A stretch of 62,792 nucleotides of DNA, the filler included, from Welwitschia mirabilis (taxonomy: Eukaryota): the NCBI GenBank assembly GCA_051453625.1. It is 7 parts of one record of this genome, joined end to end, with 100 filler letters (N's around TTAATTAATTAA, not from the genome) between each part and the next. Parts side by side here need not be neighbours in the genome. Positions count along the whole stretch, not along the records: positions 1 to 17,500 come from JBOZIK010000001.1; positions 17,601 to 21,924 come from JBOZIK010000001.1; positions 22,025 to 26,617 come from JBOZIK010000001.1; positions 26,718 to 48,607 come from JBOZIK010000001.1; 3 more parts are not named here. One strand, given 5' to 3'. Below, piece after piece: positions 13,600 through 26,800 of this stretch (position 1 is the stretch's first letter; every line of letters begins with the position of its first letter). The translations under genes were made by a program, and so were the position numbers. Below the pieces are notes generated by a model that was not told the origin of the DNA, did not search any database, and saw only the letters and a list, made by a program, of their open reading frames with translations.

Positions 13600-16500
13600 A
13601 TTTTGCTACCATGTCTACCTTAGTTCAAAAGCTTAAATAACATGTCNNNNNNNNNNNNNNNNNNNTAATTAGAACCCCTACTACCACTTCTTCTCATATC
13701 AATACTCATGTCACTCTTAGAGATCTTATAGCGAACAAGAAATGTGAAATTCTAAATGCATTTTGACTTACCTCCTAATGATGATGTAAAGCTCTATAAC
13801 TTAAATGCTTATCCTAACTTTAGTAAAAAGCCTGATAAAGATCCTTTATTATACATCGTCGATATAGAACAACTTGTCCTTACTTCTGGAAATGGTAAAA
13901 AACATATAAGTAATAGAGCCTATATGGTTATATTCCCCATTACTTTGATAGATAAATTCAAACTATGGCTTAGAATGATTTTTCAAAAAAGTCTAAAATC
14001 TCAGAGTCAAGTTTAAAAATATTGCATTAAGAGATTCATGAGTGAAGCCACCATCTAGAAGTGTAAAAGATAATTCATCAACTTCTAATAAATACCTAAC
14101 AAAGACTAGGTCTCTGCCTATGAGAGATTATTTATTCCTTTACATTTAAACCCTATAGATGCTTTTTCATAGGTAGAACTAGTTGACTATTTTTACAATG
14201 AATTAAACAATTATATAAATGAGCTCATAGATTTTTCTTATTAAGGAAACTTATTAAACCAAACCTTAGATGACAGTTAGAAAGTATTAAAAAAATTGAT
14301 AGAAGTGAGTCAAACATGACCTAAACTCTTACCAAGAGAAAACAAAACTCTAGGCCAAATCATTAAAGATCTAAAAGAGGTAAAATAAGAAAAGAATAAA
14401 ACAAGAATTAAAAATGAACCAATTAATGTATTTAAGTATTTCACCTCTACCTTAGAAAAATACATTCAAATAATATTTGACACTAAAGTGACAACTGAGA
14501 AGACTGAAGTTGTAGTTCCAATGTATGATTTATGTGAAGATAGCTACTATGTTACAAAATATTGTCCCTTACTTCCTATGAGGATGTTTATCTTTTCTTA
14601 TGTTTTTCTTAACTCTTCAATAAAATTTGTAAGAGGATCACTATGGTTTTGGGAGTTGGATAAGCTTTTCAAGTTATTAGAGTTATTAAATTGAGGAAGT
14701 TTATGCCTTTAATCAAAGACCTTTTAACTACAACGAAAATAACAACCAAAGATAAGTTCAAAATCACAATAATTTTCAACATAGGATGAGTGAACAATTA
14801 AATTCTAAAAATTTTCAAATACATCATTCTAACTTCCAACCTTTCAAAAATAGATTTGAGCATTCAAACTTTTAATTCAATAACTCAAATAACTTGGTAG
14901 CCCTTCTAACTCCCAAAACCATAGTGATATTCTTAGGAATTCCATTAAGGAGTTAAGAAAAACTCAAGAGAAGATAAACACCAACATAGAAAACCCTGTG
15001 AATATTTTACAATAAACTATACTTGCCAATCAAAGAGCACAAGGGTTTCTTATCTCAACCTTTACCAAACCCTAATAAAGTAAGAAAATATTATAAGGTG
15101 ATGACAAGAAGGANNNNNNNNNNNNNNNNNNNNNNNNNNNNNNNNNNNNNNNNNNNNNNNNNNNNNNNNNNNNNNNNNNNNNNNNNNNNNNNNNNNNNNN
15201 NNNNNNNNNNNNNTGATAGAAGTGAGTCAAACATGACCTAAACTCTTACAAAGAGAAAACAAAACTCTAGGCCAAATCATTAAAGATCTAAAAGAGGTAA
15301 AATAAGAAAATAATAAAACAAGAATTGAAAATGAACCAACTAATGTAATTAAGTATTTCACCTCTACCTTAGAAAAATACATTCAAATAATCTTTGACAC
15401 TAAAGTGACAACTGAGAAGAGTGAAGTTGTAGTTCTAACGTATGATTTATGTGAAGATGGCAACTATGTTACAAAATATTATCCCTTACTTCCTATGAGG
15501 ATGTTTGTCTTTTCTTATGTTTTTCTTAACTCTTCAATAGAATTCTTAATAGGATCACTATGGTTTTGGGAGTTGAATGGGCTTTTCAAGTTATTAGAGT
15601 TGTTGGATTGAGGAAGTTTATGCCTTTAATCAAAGACCTTTTAACTACAACCAAAATAACAATCAAAGATAAGTCCAAAATCACAATAATTTTTAACATA
15701 GGATGAGTGAATAATCATATTCTAAAAATTTTCAAATACATAATTCTAACTTCCAACCTTTCAAAAATAGATTTAAGAACTCAAACTTCTAATCTAACAA
15801 TTCCAATAACTTTGCAAGTCCATTCAAATTCCAAAACCATAGTGACCCTCTTAGGAATTTTATTGTATAATTGATAAAAACATAAGAAAAGACAAACACC
15901 AATATAGAAAACCTTGTGAGTATTTTACAATGAACTATGCTTGTTAATCAAAGTCCACAAGGGTTTCTTGACGCTCAACCTTTACCAAATCCAAATGAAG
16001 TAAGAAAAAATTGTAAGATGCTAATAAGAAGTGGAAATGATATAACTCCTCCTATTCATGAAGCTTTAACATCATAACATTACAAGAATAATGAGAAAGA
16101 GGACATAGAAATCTTAGAAAATCATTCCTTTCCTTCTTCATTAAGTAACAAAAAGAAAGATTCTTCACAAAAGAAACCTGCTACCCCTTGGCTTGATAGG
16201 CTTAACACATACCCTATTTTTTATGATCATTTGAAAGGCTTAATAGAAAAATATGAGTATTAACTTGTCATTTTGAAAACTTTTACAATAATACTCAAGA
16301 TATCCTAAGCAATAAAAGACTTAATAAGAAAAAAACAAAAATGAACCATTCCTAGTAAAGTCTTTCTAACTCAATCCATTAGCAATTTGGTATGCCAAAA
16401 ATATCGAAAGTTTAAAGATCCAGGGGTGGCAATCATGAGTATTACTTTTAAGGGAAACCATATAATAAATAAAGCCTTGATAGATATTGGAGCTAGTGTG

Positions 16501-17500
16501 AAAATTATGCCCTTGTACATTTGTCAACATCTTATTTTGGAAGAAAGAGTAAAACCTACATACATTATCTTGGAATTAGCTGATACTTCTATGAAGAAAC
16601 TATTAGGTATGATCAAGGAGTTGGTCATCCAGATAGAAGAAGCTTTCTACCCCATTGATATAGTTGTTTTAGAAGTTGAGAACTATGGTGAATATCCTTT
16701 ACTTCTAGTTAGAGCTTTTTGTGTAAGAGTCCATTGTATCATAGATACAAGAACTGGTTTGATGAAGTACCATTTTGAGAATAAACAATTTTCAATAAGA
16801 GTGTTTGATATGATAAAAAAAAGATTTAGACAATGATTTGAGTTTGAAGGAAGAAATTAGATTGACTTTATTTTTACAGCATCATCTACTTTNNNNNNNN
16901 NNNNNNNNNNNNNNNNNNNNNNNNNNNNNNNNNNNNNNNNNNNNNNNNNNNNNNNNNNNNNNNNNNNNNNNNNNNNNNNNNNNNNNNNNNNNTACCCCAG
17001 TGATGTAGTTATTTTAGAAGTTGAGCACCATGGTAAATATCCTTTACTTCTAGATAGAGCTTTTTGTGTAATAGTCCACTGTATCATAGATACAAGGACT
17101 GGTTTGATGAAGTACCATTTTGAGAATAAATAATTTTCAATAAGAGTGTTTGATATGACAAAAAAAAGATTTAGATAATGATTTGAGTTTGGAGGAATAA
17201 ATTAGATAGACTCTATTTTTACAGCAACATCTACTTTAGGAAATATGGTTCATGCTTTACAAACCAATGTTATTTGATAATAAATTAGAAGTATACTCCT
17301 TGTATATTCTTAATGATTAACTTAAGTTTGACCATGTGACAATTGAGTTCTCTAATCTAGAGAGTAGTGAATCTAAGTTTGTCAATTGTGCAGAAGTTCA
17401 AGAATTTAGTAGACCTAAGATTTCTTGTTTTAAGGAAATTTATTTACTATTAATGTCTAGATAATAGTCTATTCTTTTAAGACTTTTCCAGAAACCAAAA
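13600..17500 (+). pseudogene. Athila-like element A gag-protease (disrupted)
   Basis: Gag fragments include YPNFSKKPDKDPLLYI, VIFPITLIDKFKLWL, a CDLC-like YDLCED and SQPLPNP. The aspartic protease is in ORF 16387-16836 (KFKDPG...KALIDIGASVKIMP...LELAD...FYPIDIVVLE...PLLLVRAF). It ends at a scaffold linker. Confidence 0.9.
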
Positions 17501-17600
17501 NNNNNNNNNNNNNNNNNNNNNNNNNNNNNNNNNNNNNNNNNNNNTTAATTAATTAANNNNNNNNNNNNNNNNNNNNNNNNNNNNNNNNNNNNNNNNNNNN
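17501..17600. other. Artificial scaffold linker 44N-TTAATTAATTAA-44N (also 21925-22024, 26618-26717, 48608-48707, 53350-53449, 56945-57044)
   Basis: The identical 100-base structure occurs six times, and the 12-mer puts stop codons in all six frames. Confidence 0.97.
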
Positions 17601-17736
17601 TTTTATTATTTACTCTGCATGATAAAATTGAATTGAAATTCCATTTTTCTAGTTGATGATTATCTTAGTCAAATTGACTCACAATATAGTTGATTGCCCA
17701 TTTTATCAAGAATTGACAAGGCTAACTAGGAGGCTA

Positions 17737-18951
17737 TGTCATGATACTAATTTTTAGGAATTTGATGGTTTATTTGGAGTAATTTTAGAGGACATTCATA
17801 TAGGTTTGGTTATAATTCTAATGATTATGGAGAGTCAATGGGATTATCATAGAAATAAATAATTATTAGCATAATTAGAGGTATTTCAGGCATGTTTTGA
17901 TACTTAGTATGTTAGAGTAAGATTAATGATGAATAAGGCTGATTTGCTTTACTTGAGAAGTTTTGGAAGGATGTTATCTCCACTGTCATCCCCACGACAG
18001 ATGGATAACAACACTATATCTGCATATTGCAATAGCAACATGAACTAGAGCTTAGAGCTAATAAAGCTTATTTTCTGAGAAGATGTCATCCACACTATCA
18101 TCTCCATGACATGAGGGATGACAACACATTTGGATCCAACTGTGGAACTAATTACAGAGCTAGAAGCTAATCATTTATCTATTATTATGGGGCATCATTT
18201 CCAGTGTCATCCTCATGACAGTTAGGATGATAACTATTTTATATAAGCGAGATTGAATTATCTTGTAATAAGGTCATGTGACTTACTTAGACTTCTAGAG
18301 TTTCTTTTTTGACTTCTAGGATTAAGTTTCTAGAACTTTTAATGTTAAACTATAAATACTCCCTCTTGTCCTTACTTCCAATTCATCTTTTATATTTAAT
18401 ATATTAGTGATGAAAGATTAAAGGACAAGAGGTTCATCTAGTAGCTATAGAAAGGTGTTTTCTTCGTGTTATGCTAAATCTCTTCCATCAAGGTGCTACT
18501 ATTTTGTTGTAAGCATATGTGAAGTTCTTTGAAATCAATACAATTTCTATTTTCATTTCAATTCAATTTATGTTCCTTAAGGTTTAAGTTGGTTATAGTT
18601 AAGTGATAGTTTTGTGATTTATCTAGATCATAAGGAAAACCTTTATTAAGGTTCATTTTGATTAGTATTAGATTGCATTATTATTCCATTTCCATTTCAT
18701 ATTGCATTCATTATTCTACTTGGTATGTCTCATAGTTCATATTGGTTAGGAACAAGTTAAGTACTCATGTTAATTAATCTAAATTATAGAGAGCTAGTTC
18801 TTATGACAAAAGAAATAGAAAACAAATAGACTTCATTCCATTCCATTTGCATTTCATATCCATTTACATTGCATTGCATTTACTTTATTATTTAGTTTTA
18901 GTTAATAAAAGATAAAAGGACTTTAGAATTGCATAAATTCACACCATAACA
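17737..18951 (+). mobile_element. 3' LTR of an Athila-like element
   Basis: A PPT-like aggaggcta is followed by TGTCATGATACT, and the LTR ends gcataaattcacaccataaca. It looks more like the LTRs at 31288-32657 and 38766-40102 than element A's 5' LTR. Confidence 0.85.
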
Positions 18952-20040
18952 AGATAGTAATTTATGTCTAGATTTTGGATAGCCTTTAATAAGAAATTAG
19001 GTATGAAGCTAAATTTGATTATAGGTTTTAATCCTTAAATTGATGGATAGACTGAGAGGATGAATTAGATACTAAAAGACTTATTAAGCATGGTTATTTT
19101 AAATTTTGGTGGATCATGGGTTAAACATTTATCATTGATGGAGCTTACTTATAATAATAGTTACCAAGAATCAATTGGATGTACATCATTTGAAGCCTTA
19201 TATAAAAGGATATGTAGGACACTATCTTTTTTGTTTGATGTAGAAAACAAGAAATTATTACAAGTTTTNNNNNNNNNNNNNNNNNNNNNNNNNNNNNNNN
19301 NNNNNNNNNNNNNNNNNNNNNNNNNNNNNNNNNNNNNNNNNNNNNNNNNNNNNNNNNNNNNNNNNNNNCTTACTTATAATAATAGTTACCAAGAATCAAT
19401 TGGATGTACACCATTTGAAGCCTTATATAAAAGGGTATGTAGGACACTAGCTTTTTTGTTTGATGTAGTAAACAAGAAATTATTACAAGTTTTGTCCACT
19501 CAACATCTAGAAGAAAAGATTAGACAAATCAAGAAGAGACTTAAAGTAGTAAAGGATAGGTAAGCAAAGTATGCAAATTGGAATAGAAGGCAACTAGAAT
19601 TTAAAGAAGGAGATCATGTATTTCTTAAATGTTCCACCTTAAAAGGAGTATTTAGATTTGATAAGAAAGGAAAGTTAGCCCTAAGATTTATAGAACCATA
19701 TCAACTAATTAGGGTGTTCAGACTTATGACTTATAAATTATCTCTACCATCATAATTATCCATGTTGCATAATGTTTTTCATTTATCATTACTAAGGAAA
19801 TGTATTTTTAATGAAATAAAGATTATTCTAGATCAAGATATTATTATCCTCTCTAATTGTTTTATAGAAGTTCAACTGGTAAAACTACTAGATCAAAAGA
19901 AGATGGTACTTGAAGGAAAAACAGTTAAGTTTTATAAGGTTAAATGATCAGGAAAGACAAAAGATAAGTGTACATGGGAGACAAAGGATGATATCTTTTA
20001 ATGGAAACCCAAGCTCCTAGCATTTTTAGGAGAAAACCTC
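18952..20040 (+). pseudogene. Tekay/Del-like chromovirus integrase C-terminal half with chromodomain
   Basis: RDSKFMSRFW starts right after the LTR, followed by GGSWVKHLSLMELTYNNSYQESIGCTPFEALY, GKLALRFIEPY, LHNVFHLSLLRK and a chromodomain-like KTVKFYKVK*...CTWE. Confidence 0.9.
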
Positions 20041-20056
20041 TTAAGGGGAATAGAAT

Positions 20057-21924
20057 TGTCATATCCAAATTTTCCTAAGGTTAGAAAACCTTCCTAGTTA
20101 TTTAAATAGTTAATGAAATGTTGGAAATTTANNNNNNNNNNNNNNNNNNNNNNNNNNNNNNNNNNNNNNNNNNNNNNNNNNNNNNNNNNNNNNNNNNNNN
20201 NNNNNNNNNNNNNNNNNNNNNNNNNNNNNNNAAGGATGATATCTTTTAATGGAAACCCAAGCTCCTAGCATTTTTAGGAGGAAACCTCTTAAGGGGAATA
20301 GAATTATCATATCCAAATTTTTCCTGAGGTTAGAAAAACTTCCTAGTCATTTAGATAGTTAATGAAATGTTGGAAATTTAATAATAATTATTATTATTCT
20401 AGTTTTAATTATTTAAAAAAATAATATTTGTGATAAATGTAATAGTAAAACTAAAATATTTACACGTTATCACTTTAGAGTTTTTAAAAGATTAATTACA
20501 AGTATGACCTTTAGTCAATTTATTAAAAGCTTAAGTTGATTATGGAATGTACTATTACTTATGCCTGAGTTTTATTTGTTATAGTGAAAATTTGAATGCT
20601 TGGTTTATCTTTAGGACTTAATTGTAGTTTTGATATAAATTTCTATTAACTATATCTTGTTCATGAAATATTAATAACATCTGATCTAAAGTATTTACTT
20701 CTGTTATTTGTCTCATGTGTTTCAAATTTATTTATGAATTATTATTATATTATTGTTTACACCTAGTGGTCAGGCTTGGAAAGGATGGGATATGGGAATG
20801 TAAACTTTCTATAGAACTTAAGCCTTATCATTAGTCTTACTATTATTACTTTATTATAAATACCTAAGTTTCTTAATCATCAGAGCTATAAATACATACC
20901 TTGGAAATTGTATTTATGTGAATCTTAGATATAACTAGGAGGACTTTAAAGTTTTAGCTAAAGACATATGTGGTTTCTANNNNNNNNNNNNNNNNNNNNN
21001 NNNNNNNNNNNNNNNNNNNNNNNNNNNNNNNNNNNNNNNNNNNNNNNNNNNNNNNNNNNNNNNNNNNNNNNNNNNNNNNNNNNNNNNNNNNNNNNNNNNN
21101 NNNNNNNNNNNNNNNNNNNNNNNNNNNNNNNNNNNNNNNNNNNNNNNNNNNNNNNNNNNNNNNNNNNNNNNNNNNNNNNNNNNNNNNNNNNNNNNNNNNN
21201 NNNNNNNNNNNNNNNNNNNNNNNNNNNNNNNNNNNNNNNNNNNNNNNNNNNNNNNNNNNNNNNNNNNNNNNNNNNNNNNNNNNNNNNNNNNNNNNNNNNN
21301 NNNNNNNNNNNNNNNNNAGCTATAAATACATACCTTGGAAATTGTATTTATTTGAATCTTAGATATAACTAGGAGAACTTTAAAGTTTTAGGTAAATACA
21401 TATGTAGTTTCTAACTTCCTCTTGTGGATACTATCATGATTTGATTTCTATATGAACTATCATGCTTGCTTAGAATGATTGAATCTTTAAAATATTTTGT
21501 TAAGTATCTTATTAGTCTTGGAGTTTGTAATGCTTACCATTATGTGTATTTCTTATATCATGATTCTTATAATTTTGCTTATCTTACCAATCTTATTTGG
21601 ATGAAATCTTATTACTGAAATAAAAGAATTAAAACTAACCAGGATAACTAGTTGTTCATTCTTTAGGGAGTGCTACTCTCTATTGTGAGTCCTAAGGTCA
21701 TAGGATGGAAGTTTCAAAAAGAAAAGAAAAAAATGAAGCCCAATTACCATCTATTTCTTATGGTAGTGTGCAATTGGCTTACTTAATTATGTTGTGAATG
21801 AATAGTAAAGAAGATAATACTAGCTAATGTGAAGTCTTAGTCTTGTCTTAGTTTCCTAGGTGTTTCTCTAGCTTATGTCTTGGTAACCTAATCCCAACCT
21901 CATCCTTACCATGGGCCATATTGT
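20057..21924 (+). mobile_element. 3' LTR (partial, gapped) of the Tekay-like element
   Basis: PPT ttaaggggaatagaat is followed by TGTCATATCC at 20057 (duplicated near 20305). It runs into a scaffold linker, so the right end is not seen. Confidence 0.65.
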
Positions 21925-22024
21925 NNNNNNNNNNNNNNNNNNNNNNNNNNNNNNNNNNNNNNNNNNNNTTAATTAATTAANNNNNNNNNNNNNNNNNNNN
22001 NNNNNNNNNNNNNNNNNNNNNNNN

Positions 22025-22601
22025 CTTAAATCAAAGATACATTAAGGCACTCTAGATTTTAAAACACAAATACACATTGCAATACATGACTTCCATAATT
22101 TGGTGGATATGTTGGAGTATTTTTATTTCCTATCTCATCATGATATGAAGAAGAAAGAGACAACTAATAATACTATTCATATCCTCCAAGTAATTTCTCT
22201 TTTTTTAACTTTCTATTTAAATCTATCTTTTAGAAATTAGAATAATTTACTTTCTTCTTGATAATAAGGTTAAAAATTTGCATCTTTCTAAGAAGAAGTC
22301 ATAAGTAAATGCTATGAGATTAACTATATTAAAGGTCCATAATTACCAGCTATCAGTATGATTAGTTAAAAGTGAGCTAATGGTTTAAACTTATGTGCTC
22401 TAACTAATGATTATTATATATGACATTATAACATTATGCCATAATGGAGATTTATCTTAGGAGCACTTATTGGGTACATTAGGATCTTATAGTAAGCTTC
22501 ACATAAAGTTATAGANNNNNNNNNNNNNNNTTGCTTTAAAGTTTCTAGGCACTTTATCATCTTTATGTTCTACTGACTTAGCTACTTTTCTGCTTTTTAG
22601 G
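22025..22601 (-). pseudogene. Possible degenerate Ty3 gag zinc-knuckle/protease remnant
   Basis: There are weak minus-strand traces (CYN near 22430, protease-like VLKSRVP near 22050). Its position fits the chromovirus-type element that Athila B interrupted. Confidence 0.3.
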
Positions 22602-23833
22602 TATTGCAGTCTAAATTTATACAATTCTAAATTTATTAAGAAAATCCTATAGATCATAAATGCTTACAAAAAAAAATCCACACTAGTATAGATGAGAGTT
22701 AATAAAAATGTTGTAATCCTTTGATGAAACTAGGCTAGAGGTTTGACAAAGTATTTTAGTCTTTTTCCTTTAAGTNNNNNNNNNNNNNNNNNNNNNNNNN
22801 NNNNNNNNNNNNNNNNNNNNNNNNNNNNNNNNNNNNNNNNNNNNNNNNNNNNNNNNNNNNNNNNNNNNNNNNNNNNNNNNNNNNNNNNNNNNNNNNNNNN
22901 NNNNNNNNNNNNNNNNNNNNNNNNNNNNNNNNNNNNNNNNNNNNNNNNNNNNNNNNNNNNNNNNNNNNNNNNNNNNNNNNNNNNNNNNNNNNNNNNNNNN
23001 NNNNNNNNNNNNNNNNNNNNNNNNNNNNNNNNNNNNNNNNNNNNNNNNNNNNNNNNNNNNNNNNNNNNNNNNNNNNNNNNNNNNNNNNNNNNNNNNNNNN
23101 NNNNNNNNNNNNNNNNNNNNNNNNNNNNNNNNNNNNNNNNNNNNNNNNNNNNNNNNNNNNNNNNNNNNNNNNNNNNNNNNNNNNNNNNNNNNNNNNNNNN
23201 NNNNNNNNNNNNNNNNNNNNNNNNNNNNNNNNNNNNNNNNNNNNNNNNNNNNNNNNNNNNNNNNNNNNNNNNNNNNNNNNNNNNNNNNNNNNNNNNNNNN
23301 NNNNNNNNNNNNNNNNNNNNNNNNNNNNNNNNNNNNNNNNNNNNNNNNNNNNNNNNNNNNNNNNNNNNNNNNNNNNNNNNNNNNNNNNNNNNNNNNNNNN
23401 NNNNNNNNNNNNNNNNNNNNNNNNNNNNNNNNNNNNNNNNNNNNNNNNNNNNNNNNNNNNNNNNNNNNNNNNNNNNNNNNNNNNNNNNNNNNNNNNNNNN
23501 NNNNNNNNNNNNNNNNNNNNNNNNNNNNNNNNNNNNNNNNNNNNNNNNNNNNNNNNNNNNNNNNNNNNNNNNNNNNNNNNNNNNNNNNNNNNNNNNNNNN
23601 NNNNNNNNNNNNNNNNNNNNNNNNNNNNNNNNNNNNNNNNNNNNNNNNNNNNNNNNNNNNNNNNNNNTATCAGAATATACCTAAAATACCTTCAAATATA
23701 TTAAGAATTGCATGTTTCTATGATTATCCCATTAAATCTCCATAATCATTGGAATTCCATCTAAACTTATTTAAATGTCTTGCAAAGGTACTTAAAATAC
23801 TCCATCAAATGCATATAATTTAGTATCATAACA
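22602..23833 (-). mobile_element. 3' LTR of minus-strand Athila-like element B (mostly N)
   Basis: The left end is tattgcagtctaaatttatac with the family cacactagtatagatgagagtt motif. The right end is tagtatcataaca followed by the PPT complement tatcccttcactt. Confidence 0.75.
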
Positions 23834-26800
23834 TATCCCTTCACTTAGTTATATTATTCCTCAACAAAGTGAGCAATAAATTATGAATTATGAGTTAAAT
23901 TTACCAAGATAAATAATAACTAGAGAAATGTAAATTAATTTTAAAATTTTCTACCATAGAGAATCAAACATAAAATTGATTAACTCACTAGTACCTCTGT
24001 AGGATGTATAGTAGATCTATCATTCTATGTATCTTTTAGATGATAATGGGGATGATAATCTTATAAAATTAGGATCAAAATCAAGTGATTTTGAACATGA
24101 TCATCAAAAAAGTCTAAGTATTAAAATATTTATTAGCTCCCTCCTTAAAACATTTAACACACAACAAGATAAAAATTAAATGTTATACATAAAAATATCA
24201 TAATATATAATCATGATAATTTATAAAATGATGATGTGTATGTATGATCATATATAGTGAAAACTTAAAAATGATGTGTATAAACTAAGTAGGAAGTTTT
24301 AAGTATAACACACAAGGATAAAATATTAAAATATTTAATTTTTGTCATGCTTATTTTTAGAGAGTGGCTATAATTGCTTTCCTAATTTTGTTCTCCCACA
24401 TCCCATTATTCCTTCTACATCTTCTCTCACATTCCACTCTTTCTGCTACTTCTTTATATCAATTCTCAAAATCTCCAATATANNNNNNNNNNNNNNNNNN
24501 NNNNNNNNNNNNNNNNNNNNNNNNNNNNNNNNNNNNNNNNNNNNNNNGCTCCCTGAAGAGTGGTTATGACTCTTAGTTTTTATAAGGCTCATTATGCTTC
24601 ATGGATATTATAGATTTAACAAATAATATTAGAGGAAATTCCTATTATTTTTCTATAATTTCTATTTACGTTTTCTGATTCTTTAGAGTCTTTTATGGAA
24701 TGACCATTGCTTCCAATAAAGGAATATATAAGCAATTTGTTTTGCTTTATTGGTTGTTATTTTGGCTCTTTGATTCTCAACAATTATCAATAGTGATCTC
24801 TTCTCATTGAATTTTTAATGTTTTGCTTAACTTTTAATATAGTTTGTTTAAATCTTTGAAAACATTTTCATTAAGATTGCTAGTTTTCAAAGAAACATGT
24901 GATTAATCTCTGAGGCCTTCATTTTGTAATTTAAAACTTTTGAAATATTGTGTTTTATCTATGGAAGACTTTTTTATTAAGTTTTTTAAAGCTGTAAGAG
25001 CTAGTTTATTTTACTATGCAACTGATATTATGAAATGAGGATCTCTTTGATATTTTTAAGACTCTATAACCTCAATCCAACCTACATTTTTCTCTAATTA
25101 CATCAAAAAATTGTGTTCAAGAGCCTATTAATCCATAACTTTAATGAGTCACTTGGTTCTTACACCTTCCAAAACTCATCCATGCCAATGCTGGTGTGAA
25201 ACATGGCACTACAAAGATATCTACATCCTATGTAGTATTATAGGTTTTTGTCCTAAGATCTCCTCTGAATAGTTACATCTTCTTGAAAGAGAAATCTCGA
25301 AGATATCAAAATTTCATGAAGATTTCCCAAGGGTTTTTAATTGATGACTTTATGGAGATCTCTATAGGGGTTATAGATGTACTTGTTTCCCTAATCTCTG
25401 ATTGATTTATGAAGCTACTCATCATTCTTCCTTCTTTTGAAACTAAAAACTGTGTAAATTTCAAGAAATCTTCGATAATAGAAACATTTATGAATTTTTT
25501 TTTAATTCATGAAATAACTTCTTATGTGAAGTTATCAATTGGTAATCTAAGCCAGCAGCCCCCAATGAATTAAATATTCATGATACTATCATTGTTCTCT
25601 ATGCATAAGTATATATTTTGGGTTGTAAGATGGTAATCTGATAGAAATAATAGATCTAATATTAGATGAGTATTCCCTTAAATAATGGCATCCTTAGGCC
25701 AAAAATTAGATCCAATAATCCCTAGAAAATTCAAGTTGAAGCCAAATTAGTAGAAGATTTTAATTCATATCATCATTCTCTGTTTGGTCTATGTTCTGAC
25801 CTTCATCACTAGGGTTTTAGTGTTTTGCATTACAAGAGTATGAACATGTTAAGATGGATAATCATTGACTTGGAGAATTTTTTCTCCTTCTATCTATTGC
25901 CTAGTTTACTAGCTCTTATTTCCTTTGAATCTCCCTTTTGATTGCTTACCTAACTTCTATGGGAATGATTATGATTTTTCTTATTACAATGATATTTTTA
26001 ATCATCTTAATTTGTTAAGAAAGAGTTGCAAAATTAAGGGATTAAATTTATCACCTCTAAAAAATACATACATTAAAATTATATTATTTATGGGATTATA
26101 TTTTTTCATGTAGAAAGTATTTATAGATGACGGCATGGGATACCATTTAAAAATTATTTTTTATATGAAAATCATAAACTCCTATTAAATAAAATGAGGT
26201 AAACATTCAATAAAAGCTTGGTTGGGAACTAGTTCCAACTAAGTATGCTAAAAATGTTTTAAGCTTGAAATTCTCTCTCCTATCCTAATAGTCTCCAGAT
26301 CATTGTCTTGAGTTGTTTTGAGTTGTTACATTCCACTTTAGTCCCTAGTTATTCCAAGTTTGGACCCAACTATTATCTTGAGTAAATATCCCTAGCTACG
26401 TTGGGGGCTTGTCCCAATAATCTCTTATCATTTGTAATGTTAAAATTAAATTTAATGTCAGGAGTGGGTGTTAAAATATTTAATTTTTATCATGATTATT
26501 TTTAAAAAGTGGTTATAATTGCTCTACTAATTTGCTTCTCCCACATCCCATTCTTCCTTCTACATCTTCTCTTACATTCCGCTCTTTCTACTACTTCTTT
26601 GTATCAATTTCCAAAATNNNNNNNNNNNNNNNNNNNNNNNNNNNNNNNNNNNNNNNNNNNNTTAATTAATTAANNNNNNNNNNNNNNNNNNNNNNNNNNN
26701 NNNNNNNNNNNNNNNNNAATCATCAAAATAATTACTATAAAAGAATTAAAAGTGGAAAGAACTTAAGGTAAGAGAAAATAATATCAGGATTAGGTAATGA

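Noticed and set aside
17545..17556. Repeated TTAATTAATTAA as a biological repeat or CRISPR-like unit
   Set aside because: It is always centred in exactly 44+44 Ns, so it is a synthetic scaffold spacer.
18831..18885. (CATTY)n-like run as a satellite or telomere-type repeat
   Set aside because: It is short, degenerate and part of the Athila LTR (its complement is at ~38990-39025).
11239..18951. One complete Athila element bounded by the LTRs at 11239-12331 and 17737-18951
   Set aside because: The LTRs look like different subfamilies, the flanks belong to different host elements, and a scaffold linker separates them.
20968..23684. Long ORFs made mostly of X (also 42546-43352, 50552-51016, 52329-52913)
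   Set aside because: They are artefacts of translating through N gaps.
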